From: Terriglobia bacterium
GTDB lineage: Bacteria; Acidobacteriota; Terriglobia; 20CM-2-55-15
Length of the DNA stretch: 64,000 bases
Reading direction: 5' to 3'
Assembly: GCA_965198225.1 (NCBI GenBank)
Contig: CBDAOY010000008.1
Location: 1,216,001-1,280,000, forward strand
A program made the translations under genes and the position numbers. Positions 10,844 through 22,394 of the stretch are shown here, piece after piece; the first letter of the stretch is position 1; every line of letters starts with the position of its first letter. The notes under the pieces were generated by a model. That model had not been told where the DNA came from. It did no database searches and saw only the letters and a list, made by a program, of their open reading frames with translations.

Positions 10844-11009
10844 AATCAACAAGTTGATTCAGTCCGTTATCGACTTGTTTAATCAAGGCGGTGGTCCTGT
10901 TGTGGGCATTCTGTGGATAAACTGAGAGTCGGAAGAAGCGGATCGGGTTCTCGTCCTTTTCCCATCTGTGGAGAATCCACTGGGATTTGCGCGCATCGCT
11001 TGTGGATAA
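10844..11009. promoter_or_regulatory. Cluster of DnaA-box matches plus IHF-consensus palindrome
   Basis: TGTGGATAA (reverse complement of TTATCCACA) at 10912-10920 and 11001-11009; 1-mismatch TGTGGAGAA at 10967-10975; AATCAACAAGTTGATT at 10844-10859 matches WATCAANNNNTTR on both strands. Confidence 0.5.
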
Positions 11010-11090
11010 TTTCCGATCTTCAAATATGCTCTTGCTGCATCAGGAGGCTGCTGTCGCAAGCTCCCACGAGATGAACGCGGCCTTCACACC

Positions 11091-11741
11091 ATGAATGTTT
11101 CTTGCTTGGGCAGCATGGGTACAGCCCTGAATTACTTCTGTAGCGGAGCCCACAATGGCCGCAGATCAACGACTGGACAAGCAATTCTCGCTGTGCTCGT
11201 CGTAGTCGCAATCGCACCTCCGGCCTTCGGACAGGCGGCCGGAGATCCGCCGGTCGGCCGAGTATTTGCCGGGTACTCCTTCGCGAGCCAGGGCCCGGTG
11301 ACGCTCCACGGCTGGCACGCATCCGTTTTCTCGCAGGTCCGCGAGCGAGTGGGCATATTGATGGACTTTTCGGGGCACTACGTTTCTTCCGACTCCTCCG
11401 TCCTGGACCTGCTGGACGAAGTGGATTTCGACGTGCCGGACAATGCAGATTTCGGGTTCTACACCTACCGGTTCGGGCCTCAAATAAAGATTTTCGAGGG
11501 GAGCGCCGTGACGACGTTCGCCCAGATTCTAGTCGGCGGGAATTACGTCCAGGCGCTTGGCGTGGATGAGTCCGCCGGCGTTCACGGGTTCGCGCTCGCC
11601 GCGGGCGGTGGCGCGGACTGGAACATCAGCGAGAGCCTCGCGTTTCGTATCCCGCAATTTGACTACAGCCTCGTGCGGGTCGCGGGCGGAACCCTGGGTG
11701 GTTTCCGGGTGTCGACCGGCCTGGTGTTTCGATTTCGGTGA
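11091..11741 (+). CDS. Small outer-membrane beta-barrel protein
   Basis: Signal peptide ending PAFG/Q; amphipathic beta strands; C-terminal 'STGLVFRFR'; true start uncertain. Confidence 0.75.
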   Translation: MNVSCLGSMGTALNYFCSGAHNGRRSTTGQAILAVLVVVAIAPPAFGQAAGDPPVGRVFAGYSFASQGPVTLHGWHASVFSQVRERVGILMDFSGHYVSSDSSVLDLLDEVDFDVPDNADFGFYTYRFGPQIKIFEGSAVTTFAQILVGGNYVQALGVDESAGVHGFALAAGGGADWNISESLAFRIPQFDYSLVRVAGGTLGGFRVSTGLVFRFR

Positions 11742-11751
11742 GAGAAGCGTC

Positions 11752-12747
11752 GTGAACCAGCTCTCGGTGCAGCCAAGGAGACCGGGCATCGTCCTGGCCA
11801 TGCTCCTGCCGCTTGCCGGCGCCTTCCACGGCCAGGGACCCGATCCCGACTCGGGAGAAGCGAAGGCCATCACCTACCTCAGCCGGGAGGTTCCCGCCTG
11901 GTTCAGGGAGGCCAACTGCTTTTCCTGCCACAACAACGGAGACGCGGCTCGCGCCCTCTTCCTGGCCCGTACTCTCTCATACACCGTCCCCGATGCGGCG
12001 CTCGTCGATACCCTCGGTTGGCTGGTCGATCCGGCCGAGTGGGAAAACAGTCCCGGAGACCCCATCTTCAGCGACAAGAAGCTGGCCCGCATCCAGTTCG
12101 CCGCGGCTCTCGCGGCAGCTGTCGATGCCGGAATCGTTCGAGACGATACTGCGCTCGAGGAAGCAGCGGAAACACTCCTCGAGGATCAGGAAGCCGACGG
12201 ATCGTGGCATGTGGAAGGAGACGACGCCACCATCGGGTCCCCGGCGACATACGGGGCGGTCCTGGCGACCTACATGACGCGCAAGACGCTGGAGGCGGCC
12301 GACACCGAACGTTTCAGTGAGGCGATCGGCAGAGCCGACGAATGGCTACTCACCGCACCGCTGGGTCCGATCATGGACACCGCGGCATTGGTGCTGGGTC
12401 TGGGCGACAGGGCCGCGCTTGAGGCTCGCGCCAAGGTCGCTGAGGCGTTGACCAGGCTGTTGGACAGCCAGTCCAGCGACGGCGGATGGGGGCCCTACCC
12501 GATGACGCCGTCCGAGCCGTTCGACACCGCGCTGGTTCTCCTGGCTCTGGCTTCCCTGGACGAATCGTGGGATCCCCAACGCGTCGGCGAGGCCATCTCG
12601 GCCGGCCGGGGCTTTCTCCTCGACACGCAGTTCGCCGATGGAGGCTGGATCGAGACTACACGCCCGTCCGGATCCCAGAGTTACGCCGAACACATTTCCA
12701 CGACCGGTTGGGCGACACTGGCGCTGCTGAGGACGCTTCCTGACTAA
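11752..12747 (+). CDS. Exported prenyltransferase/squalene-cyclase-repeat protein with CxxCH motif
   Basis: QW-like repeats 'QEADGSW', 'QSSDGGW', 'QFADGGW'; 'CFSCHNN' near the N-terminus; signal-like segment after GTG 11752. Confidence 0.72.
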   Translation: MNQLSVQPRRPGIVLAMLLPLAGAFHGQGPDPDSGEAKAITYLSREVPAWFREANCFSCHNNGDAARALFLARTLSYTVPDAALVDTLGWLVDPAEWENSPGDPIFSDKKLARIQFAAALAAAVDAGIVRDDTALEEAAETLLEDQEADGSWHVEGDDATIGSPATYGAVLATYMTRKTLEAADTERFSEAIGRADEWLLTAPLGPIMDTAALVLGLGDRAALEARAKVAEALTRLLDSQSSDGGWGPYPMTPSEPFDTALVLLALASLDESWDPQRVGEAISAGRGFLLDTQFADGGWIETTRPSGSQSYAEHISTTGWATLALLRTLPD

Positions 12748-12827
12748 TAGTCAGGAAGCTGTAGGCCGTAGGCCGTTATCCGTTGCGAGTTTCGTCACAT
12801 ACGGCCTACGAATAACGGCCTACGTCT

Positions 12828-14018
12828 TCAAGGCTCAATCGTAAACGGTATAGACTCCGTCTCGGTCACACTAGCGTCATCCACCTCGAACACATCCACC
12901 TCGAACAGGCCGTTGAGCGCATTGCCGGCGAGATCCTCGAGTTCGGTTCCGACGACGAGTTCATAGGCTCCGGCCCGCCATGGGACATCTGGAAAGAACC
13001 TCCAACGCGTTTCGCCGGCGTCGATCTCGATTCGGCCCATCACGCTGTTGCCTCCGGCGTCGATGACCGCGATCAGTCGGTCGAGCAGCCCGCGGTCCAT
13101 CGGTTCGGGAAACCGCACGGTGAAGGCGGCAAAGGTGTTCGACTCCGGAGGGGCCATCTTCCAGGTCTCGAGGTCGGGCGCGACGTCATCGAACGGACCG
13201 CCGGTGAAGGTTTTCCGGTGCTCCGTCATCAGCGGCAGACCTGTCGCATCCAGCCATTCCCGGTCGATGACCAGGCTGTAGGTCTTGCCCTTCTCGATCG
13301 CCCTTCCCGCTTCGATGTTGGGTACCAGGCCGGTCTTGATGCGACCCGGGTCGAACAGTATCGTGAACCGCGTGAAATCGCGGTTCCACAACTCCTGTTC
13401 CAATTCGAGGAACGGCAGGGCGACTTCCTCTCCCGTTTCGACATCGAGCAGGTGAATCCTTTCGTAGGCTTCACCACGACTCATCGGTGCCGAAAACTGC
13501 AGGTAGAGTTTGAGCTGGTTCTCGGGTAGGACGCTGCTGGTCGGGTAGACGTGGTCGACGATCGTCGACGATTCCGTTTCCAAGCGAGGGATCTCGAAGA
13601 ATGCCACTACCCTGTCATCCCGCTCGGACAATCCCAGCACTCTCGGGCTGAACGAGGCGCGATATTTCAGCCCTGGGGATAGAGGGAAGCGCGGTCGAAA
13701 CACGAGCGCGTCGTTTTCGACGGCGTACGAACCCAGGATCGGAGGCACACCCAATGCCGAGCCTTCCACGAAGACGGCAAGCAGCTCATGCCACTCCAGT
13801 GTGTCCAGGCTCGAAGCGCGGTTCGATTCGGACCAACCGACAACCCTGAAGACCGGAGCTCCGGCTTCGGTCTCGAGTCGGATTTCAACGCTGCTCGACG
13901 GAGATTGTCCTGAGGAAAAGGAAGGAAGTGTCCAGACGGACACGAGCGCCAGGGTGGCGAGGCAAACCCTGAGAGTGATGATCACGGTCAAAGGCACGAC
14001 AGGCGCGAGCCGGTTCAC
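12828..14018 (-). CDS. Exported hypothetical protein with Ig-like domains
   Basis: Hydrophobic N-terminus; 'FSAPMSRG', 'FPEPMDR', 'LEDLAGN' resemble bacterial Ig-like repeats. Confidence 0.7.
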   Translation of the reverse strand: MNRLAPVVPLTVIITLRVCLATLALVSVWTLPSFSSGQSPSSSVEIRLETEAGAPVFRVVGWSESNRASSLDTLEWHELLAVFVEGSALGVPPILGSYAVENDALVFRPRFPLSPGLKYRASFSPRVLGLSERDDRVVAFFEIPRLETESSTIVDHVYPTSSVLPENQLKLYLQFSAPMSRGEAYERIHLLDVETGEEVALPFLELEQELWNRDFTRFTILFDPGRIKTGLVPNIEAGRAIEKGKTYSLVIDREWLDATGLPLMTEHRKTFTGGPFDDVAPDLETWKMAPPESNTFAAFTVRFPEPMDRGLLDRLIAVIDAGGNSVMGRIEIDAGETRWRFFPDVPWRAGAYELVVGTELEDLAGNALNGLFEVDVFEVDDASVTETESIPFTIEP

Positions 14019-14055
14019 GGCTCGCGCACAGTCAGGAGAAAGTTTCTCGATCGAG

Positions 14056-15159
14056 CTACGGAAGCGCGATCGACATCAGATCCAGCGAGCCACTCTCGGC
14101 ACGAGACAGGATCAGCGCATGGCCATCGTCGAGACGGTCGAGCTGCTCCACGCCGCTCAACTCCAGCGTCTCGTAAGGAACCCCGGCCTTGTCGCCAATC
14201 CGGCTCTCGATGTGGTCATAGCCGTCCAGGTTCCTTGCGGGCATCTTCATGACGCCGCGGCTGCTGTTGCTCATCAGGATGTAATCCTGTCCGGCCTTGT
14301 TGTAGATGATCATGTCGAGCGGCCGGTTGCGGTTACCCAGTTCGGCGATCGTCCGTCCCAGGACCTTCTGGCCGGGCTGAAGATCCGATACCGGGAACGT
14401 CACCAGCGGTGTGCACGTGTATGCAGCCAGTATGTGGGGCTGGTTCTTGATGGTGTACGGCACGAAGGTCCGGACCGGAGAATTCGTTTCCAGCCGACCG
14501 TGGGCGCCGTGGTAGATCTCGATGCTGGTTCCGGCACCGGCGCTTGCGAAGGGGAATTCTACCGAACGCAGCTTCGATGAGAACTCTTCGTTCGAGAGCC
14601 CCGCGATAAACACTCGCCCGTCGACAAAAGCCATGTCCGTGATCGTCTGCAGACGGTTCTGGCCTCCGCGTCCGGAGCCCGGCGCCGGCGCATTCGACAG
14701 CGAGACTTTCGCGTGGTTCACTTTCTCGAGCGAAACCTCTTCCAACTTGCCCGCCGAGTCCATCCGCAGGATCATCGCCGCCGCATCCGGACCGCGACCG
14801 CGAGACACGGCCAGGTAGACTTTCTTCGAAATCGGGTTAACGGCCAGGTCGTTGATCAGAATCTGATCGGCAGCAGTACCCAGCATCCCAGCAACCTTTT
14901 CGTTGACGCCTTTGATGCTGACGTTGCCCGCTTTGCTCTCGACACGATCCATCGTGTCGATGGCATAAATCGCGGCGCCCATGGAATCGCCGATGAACAG
15001 GATGCCTTCGGGACCGAACGCCAGAGCTCCTGCCGACTGGATGTCGGCTTTGCCGGACTTCAGGCTGTCGGTGTAATCGCTGGCCATCGCCGCGGGTGCT
15101 GACAGCGCCACGACACACAGCACGCATACGATCGCGCGTAGTTTCATTTTCTCCTCCAT
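14056..15159 (-). CDS. Exported hypothetical protein, probable beta-propeller
   Basis: Signal peptide (AMA/S); 'ALAFGPEGILFIGD', 'DLAVNP..VYL', 'DMAFVDGRVFI' blade-like motifs; start may be 15147. Confidence 0.75.
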   Translation of the reverse strand: MEEKMKLRAIVCVLCVVALSAPAAMASDYTDSLKSGKADIQSAGALAFGPEGILFIGDSMGAAIYAIDTMDRVESKAGNVSIKGVNEKVAGMLGTAADQILINDLAVNPISKKVYLAVSRGRGPDAAAMILRMDSAGKLEEVSLEKVNHAKVSLSNAPAPGSGRGGQNRLQTITDMAFVDGRVFIAGLSNEEFSSKLRSVEFPFASAGAGTSIEIYHGAHGRLETNSPVRTFVPYTIKNQPHILAAYTCTPLVTFPVSDLQPGQKVLGRTIAELGNRNRPLDMIIYNKAGQDYILMSNSSRGVMKMPARNLDGYDHIESRIGDKAGVPYETLELSGVEQLDRLDDGHALILSRAESGSLDLMSIALP

Positions 15160-15301
15160 TCAGTGTTCGGAATAATGGCCGTTAAGAGTCACTAACGATG
15201 TCATCCGGGGGCGGGTGAGTCAAGCCGAAAGGCCTCGTTGACTTGGTAGGTAACGGGGCTTAAGATCACAGCAAAATCAGGGAAGCGAGAGGACGGATCA
15301 C

Positions 15302-16967
<1,666 letters not shown>

Positions 16968-16975
<8 letters not shown>

Positions 16976-18476
16976 CCCGCCCTTAACCCTGGCGCACCTG
17001 TACACGGACCTGGAATCTTCAGTCACGGCCGTCGCGGAGGATCCCGACAAGGCGCGCGGATCGCGTGAAATCATCGACAAGGCTCTCGAGCAAGACCGGC
17101 CGTATTACGGCATCAACACGGGACTCGGCATACTGGCGCAGGAGCGCATCGAGCCACACCAACTGAAGCAGCTTCAGCGGAACCTGGTCCTGAGCCACGC
17201 CGTGGGCGTGGGCGAGCCGGTGTCCAAGGACATCAGCCGGATCATCCTCGGACTGAAGATCCACTCTCTCGGCCTTGGATTCTCGGGGGTCTCTCTCGGA
17301 ACCCTCGATCGGCTGATTGCGTTGTGGCAGCGAGACCTGATTCCGGTCATGCCGAGCCGGGGGAGCGTGGGAGCATCCGGTGACCTGGCACCGCTCGCAC
17401 ACATGGCTCTGCCCCTGCTCGGTGAAGGGGCTGTCTGGGACAGTGCGGGAGAGGCCGCAATTCCAGCCGGCGACGCACTGGAAGCCTCCGCGCTGGAACC
17501 GGTGGAATTACAGCCGAAGGACGGCCTGGCGCTGGTCAACGGGACGCAGTTCATGAGCGCATACGGCGCGTACGTTCTCGAACGCGCGGCCAGGCTGGCA
17601 ACGATGGCCGACGTCATCGCGGCGATGAGCCTCGAGGCGCTCCAGGGCAGCGTCAAGCCATTTGACGCGCGGATTCACGACGCGCGACCCCACCCGGGCC
17701 AGATCGCGGTTGCCGACAACGTGCGGTCGCTGCTCGCTGGGAGTGAGATCCTCGAGTCCCACAGAGATTGCGGTAAGGTCCAGGACCCTTACTGTCTGAG
17801 GTGCGTTCCGCAGGTTCATGGCGCGAGCCGCGACGCATTGGACCACGCCGGCTCGATCGTCGAGCGGGAAATCAACTCGGCGACGGACAATCCACTGGTC
17901 TTCGACGACGGAACGATCATCAGCGGTGGTAATTTTCACGGCCAGCCTGTGGCCCTCGCGTTGGACTACAGCGCCATGGCGCTGGCCGAACTGGCCAACA
18001 TTTCCGAGCGGCGCACCTACCTTCTGCTCGAAGGCCATGACGGCCTGCCCCGCTTGCTGATGAAGGAGACGGGCATCAATTCCGGTTTCATGGTTCCGCA
18101 GTACACGGCCGCGGCACTCGTGTCGGAAAACAAGATCCTCTGCCATCCGGCAAGCGTCGATTCAATTCCGACGAGCCTCGGCCAGGAGGACCACGTCAGC
18201 ATGGGGAGCATCAGCGCCGTCAAACTTCTGGATGTCTACCACAATGTCGAAACGGTCCTGAGCATCGAACTCTTCACCGCCGCCCAGGCGCTGGAATACC
18301 GGAAGCCGCTCCGACCCGGGAAAGGGGTGGAACTCGCGCATGACTTCGTTCGCTCTGTGGTGCCGCACACCGAAGTGGATCGCCGATTCGGCGACGACCT
18401 CGCACAGTGTCGGAAGCTCCTGGCAGAAACATCCCTCCTCGACGCCGTTGGCCGAGAGTTCGGAAGCCTCCACTGA
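16968..18476 (+). CDS. hutH: Histidine ammonia-lyase
   Basis: MIO-forming 'GASGDLAPL', 'YGINTG', 'QDPYCLRC', 'GGNFHG', 'QEDHVSMG'; between hutU and hutI. Confidence 0.96.
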
Positions 18477-19726
18477 TGCCGGTCATCCGGAACGTCGGCG
18501 TTCTCGCCACCTGCCGTCGGGATGGCCCTCAGGACGAGCTTCACTCGATCCGGGACGCGGCAATGGCCTGGACCGACGACAGTATCCAGTGGGTTGGCGG
18601 CGATAGAGACCTTCCTACCCGTTTCGTCGATTGGAAAACGTGGCGCCTGCCTGCAAGCCTCGTCATCCCGGGCCTGGTCGACTGTCACACACATCTGGCT
18701 TTCGGAGGCTCGAGAGCCGACGAATTCGAAGCGCGCTCGCGCGGAACCAGCTACCTCGACATCGCTCGCGCCGGTGGTGGCATTCGTCGAACGGTCGGAC
18801 AGACGTGTGACAGCAGTTCCGAGGAGCTTTTCGATCGCTGCCTGAGGTTCCTGTCGGAGATGGGATCGCTCGGGGTAACGACGGTGGAATGCAAGAGCGG
18901 GTACGGGCTGAGCTGCGAAGACGAACTCAAACTGCTGGAGGTCTACCGCAGACTCGACGAGAGGCAACCACTCCGAGTGATCTCTACGTTCCTCGGCGCC
19001 CACACCCTACCTCTCGAGTACGAACAAGACCGAGTCGCTTACGTGGATCTCGTGCGGGAACAAATGATTCCGACGGTCGCCCAAGGCAACCTGGCTCGAT
19101 TCTGCGATGTCTTCGTCGAAGACTCCGCCTTCACGGTCGCAGAAGCGCGGGCAATCTTCCAGACAGCGGCTGAACATGGCCTCCGCCCGCGGCTTCACGC
19201 CGACCAATTGAGTGATGGTGGCGGGGCCGCCCTGGCTGCCGAGGTCGGTGCGGCTTCGGCGGATCACCTCGAGCACGCGTCCGACGCGGGAGTCGCTGCA
19301 CTCTCGCGGGCCGGCGTGGTCGCCGTCAGCCTGCCTCTCGCCTCGCTCTACCTGCGGCAGCCTCCCCTCGAAGCGCGACGGCTGATCGATGCCGGAGTAG
19401 CGGTCGCTGTTGCGACGGATTTCAACCCTGGATCCGCGCCGAGCTTCCACCTCCCCCTTGCGATGACGCTGGCCTGCACGACACAGGGAATGACGCCGGG
19501 CGAAGCGCTCAAAGGAGCGACGCTGATCGCGGCCCGCTCCCTGGACCTCGAGGAAAAGGTGGGATCGCTCGAGGTAGGCAAAGCTGCCGATTTCGCCGTG
19601 ATCGATGCGCCGGACGTCAATCACTGGCTGTGCCATTTCAGGGCGAATGCCTGCGAGGCGACCTTTGCCGGCGGCCGTCTGATTCACGGAAGCGAGAACA
19701 TGGACGAGGGAATCGCCGACGGCTGA
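18476..19726 (+). CDS. hutI: Imidazolonepropionase
   Basis: 'PGLVDCHTH', 'ECKSGYGL', 'HADQL', 'ATDFNPGS'; TGATG coupling with hutH. Confidence 0.96.
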   Translation: MPVIRNVGVLATCRRDGPQDELHSIRDAAMAWTDDSIQWVGGDRDLPTRFVDWKTWRLPASLVIPGLVDCHTHLAFGGSRADEFEARSRGTSYLDIARAGGGIRRTVGQTCDSSSEELFDRCLRFLSEMGSLGVTTVECKSGYGLSCEDELKLLEVYRRLDERQPLRVISTFLGAHTLPLEYEQDRVAYVDLVREQMIPTVAQGNLARFCDVFVEDSAFTVAEARAIFQTAAEHGLRPRLHADQLSDGGGAALAAEVGAASADHLEHASDAGVAALSRAGVVAVSLPLASLYLRQPPLEARRLIDAGVAVAVATDFNPGSAPSFHLPLAMTLACTTQGMTPGEALKGATLIAARSLDLEEKVGSLEVGKAADFAVIDAPDVNHWLCHFRANACEATFAGGRLIHGSENMDEGIADG

Positions 19727-20832
19727 ACCCGGCGCAACCAGAGGTTGAAGATCTCGCCGGCCTCCGGCTCGATCACCCTCAGGAGCGCAGATCCGGATTC
19801 CATGAAATCCACAACCATGAATCCGGTATGCAGGTGAGCAAACAGCGTGTCCTCCCCATGGCTGACCGGACTGGTCTTCGCCGCGGAGCCGCTGATCAGC
19901 ACATAGTCGACGAGTTCCCCCTCCAGCACCTGCAGGCTGTGTTCATGCCCCGCCGCGAAAAGCAGGAGCCCTTCACCCACCGGGCGTCGAGAGAAAGCGC
20001 TATTGATGTCATCGACCATGCGGCGGTAGGCCGAGGCGTTGAAGTCCTGATCACGCAGCGGCAACTTTCGGGAGAGGGCGATCACGGTGCCGATGATGGG
20101 TGGGAGCAGATGATCCTTCCAGTCGGAAAAACCGGAATGCCGGCCGTACCCGCCCAGTGGATGGTGGGCGGCAACGACAACGTCGAGGTCGGTGTCGAGC
20201 AGTTCGACGAGACGGTCGACGACGGCCTCGCGGTTCGGTTGCGGGCATTCGCTGGTCGGCTTCTCGCCTTTCTGGAGCCACCACTGGGTGTCGAGTGCGA
20301 TGATCCGCACACCCTGGAGGAGGTCGAGTAAGGCGGGTCCCGGACAACCGTTTTTCGGGAGGAAGTTGTCCATCCCCGGCATGTGCTGGTTGACGTACCG
20401 CGCCTGGGCGACGACGGCGTCGTAGCCCTCGTCTTCGTCACCACTGGCCCAGTCATGGTTTCCAGGAAGAAACACTCCACGAGCGCCGCTTTCGGTGACC
20501 GCTTCGATCTGGGGCAGCAGGCGGGCGTCGGCCTCCCCTCGACGCCGCTCGGTCATCCCTTCCGGATACATGTTGTCGCCCAGGTAGAGAACGATCGTTT
20601 TCTCCGGCGTGCGGGATGCCCACTCCGACACTTCGTCGAGGACGGGAGTGTCCGTTTCGCCCGCGTCCCCAACGAGTAGAATTCGATTTCGGATCGAATC
20701 CGTCGGGGAAGCCGGTCGAGTCTCAGCGGGAGACAGTGCGCCCGGGCGGAAGTACGGGTTCGTGTGGCTGCAGGCGGCCCCCGGGATGAAGCACGCCAGG
20801 ACAATTACACGAAGACGCGTGCGTTTACCCAT
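19684..20832 (-). CDS. Calcineurin-like metallophosphoesterase, probable lipoprotein
   Basis: 'VGDAG', 'LGDNMY', 'PGNHDW', 'HHP', 'AGHEHS'; lipobox-like 'GAAC'. Confidence 0.88.
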   Translation of the reverse strand: MGKRTRLRVIVLACFIPGAACSHTNPYFRPGALSPAETRPASPTDSIRNRILLVGDAGETDTPVLDEVSEWASRTPEKTIVLYLGDNMYPEGMTERRRGEADARLLPQIEAVTESGARGVFLPGNHDWASGDEDEGYDAVVAQARYVNQHMPGMDNFLPKNGCPGPALLDLLQGVRIIALDTQWWLQKGEKPTSECPQPNREAVVDRLVELLDTDLDVVVAAHHPLGGYGRHSGFSDWKDHLLPPIIGTVIALSRKLPLRDQDFNASAYRRMVDDINSAFSRRPVGEGLLLFAAGHEHSLQVLEGELVDYVLISGSAAKTSPVSHGEDTLFAHLHTGFMVVDFMESGSALLRVIEPEAGEIFNLWLRRVQPSAIPSSMFSLP

Positions 20833-21054
20833 ACCTGGAGTGTAGTGATAAGATCGGCGCGCGGTCAAACGCCCAACTTTACAGTCCGGGGGCAGGTTGG
20901 GTATTCTCGGACGCGGAGAGGCATCGGGATGACACAGATCCTCTACTGTCCTGTCGCAGGCTTTCGTTGACGGGTATTTCTTGGGTTTTCCGGACTATCG
21001 TTCACACTCTTAGTTCAGATACGGGTTAGGGCCAGAGATCCGCATAATCTCATC

Positions 21055-22381
21055 ATGAATCTCGGAACGCAGGATTGGCACGCCAGGGACGGAGGAGCGA
21101 TCCAGCAGGGGCAGACCACGCAGGCACAACTCAGGCGACGGTTGGTCGGGTCCGGCAGGCTCAGAGTGTTCGTTTTGTCGGTGCTACTGATTCTCCTGGG
21201 GATTCCCGCGATGCCTCCCCTGTATGCCCAGTCAACCCGCGCGGAAAAGATTCAGGCCGAACGCCGGGACAAGGCAGCCACATCCCAACCAGAGCGCGTT
21301 TCGAAAACCGAAGGTCGCCTGAACGCGATCAAAGACAAGAAGCTGTTGGAACGTCTCGCTTTCGGATACCACGGGCTGACCGTGGTGCTTGGCGGCCTGG
21401 GGACCGGACAGGGCTTCGCGTTGGGACCACAGTACCTCCGATCGGATCTGGGAGACGGCAGTCCTGATCCGGAGTTCAGCCCGCTATGCCTTCGCAGAGG
21501 CGTATCTCGCGGATGCGGTGCTGTCGATGCCACACCTGGCTAACGACAGGCTGTTTCTGGACTTCGCCGGTCAGCACCGGAACTACCCGCGCATCGACTA
21601 CTACGGTCCGGGTATGGATTCGAAAGAGTCTGATCGGACACACTTCCGTCTCGAAGACACGGCGCTCGACGCAACGGTCGGCGTACGGCCCGTCGGGCCG
21701 CTGAGTCTGGGCGCGACGGTTGGCGCCCTGTTCGTCAACACCGGTCCCGGGAACCTCGGCTCGTCCAGGCCGCGCACCGAGGACGTCTTCTCTCCCGCAG
21801 CAATCCCGGGACTCGCCGATCAGACCAACTTTCTGAGAGGGGCCGCCTTCATCCAGTTGGACTACCGGGATAATCCGGGAGGCCCCCGAACGGGCGGTAA
21901 TTACGTGGCCCGGTACACCTACTTCGATGATCGCGAACTCGAGCGTCACGATTTTCGGCGCCTGGACGTCGAGCTACAACAGTACGTTCCCTTCTTCAAC
22001 GGGCGACGGGTGATTGCCCTCCGTGCCCGTACGATCCTCACGTATCCGAACGGCGATGCCAGCGTGCCATTCTACATGCAGACGGTGCTCGGAGGCTCGG
22101 ACGACCTGAGAGGCTTCCGTCCATATCGTTTCTACGGCGATCATCAGATCCTTTTGAACGCCGAATACCGCTGGGAGTCGTTTACAGGTCTTGAGATGGC
22201 GGCTTTTTTTGATGCCGGGAAGGTCGTTCCAGAGCGTTCCGACATCAACTTCCGGGATCTTGAAACTTCGGCGGGCTTCGGCTTTCGTTTCAACGTGCGT
22301 AACAACACGTTCATACGCATCGACACCGGATTCAGCCGGGAGGGCTTCTTAGTATGGTTCAAGTTCGCGAATCCTTTTTGA
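21055..22381 (+). CDS. Omp85/BamA-TamA family beta-barrel protein, frameshifted near 21460
   Basis: 'LGGSDDLRGF' (VRGF-like loop 6), 'NAEYR', 'FFDAGKV', 'GFGFRF', C-terminal F; ORFs 21055-21543 and 21389-22381 join near 21460; start uncertain. Confidence 0.82.
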
Positions 22382-22394
22382 GAGGAATCATCGG

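Noticed and set aside
9920-10882. 320-aa ORF crossing the IS256 right end
   Set aside because: It overlaps the transposase out of frame and crosses the IS boundary; no family motifs
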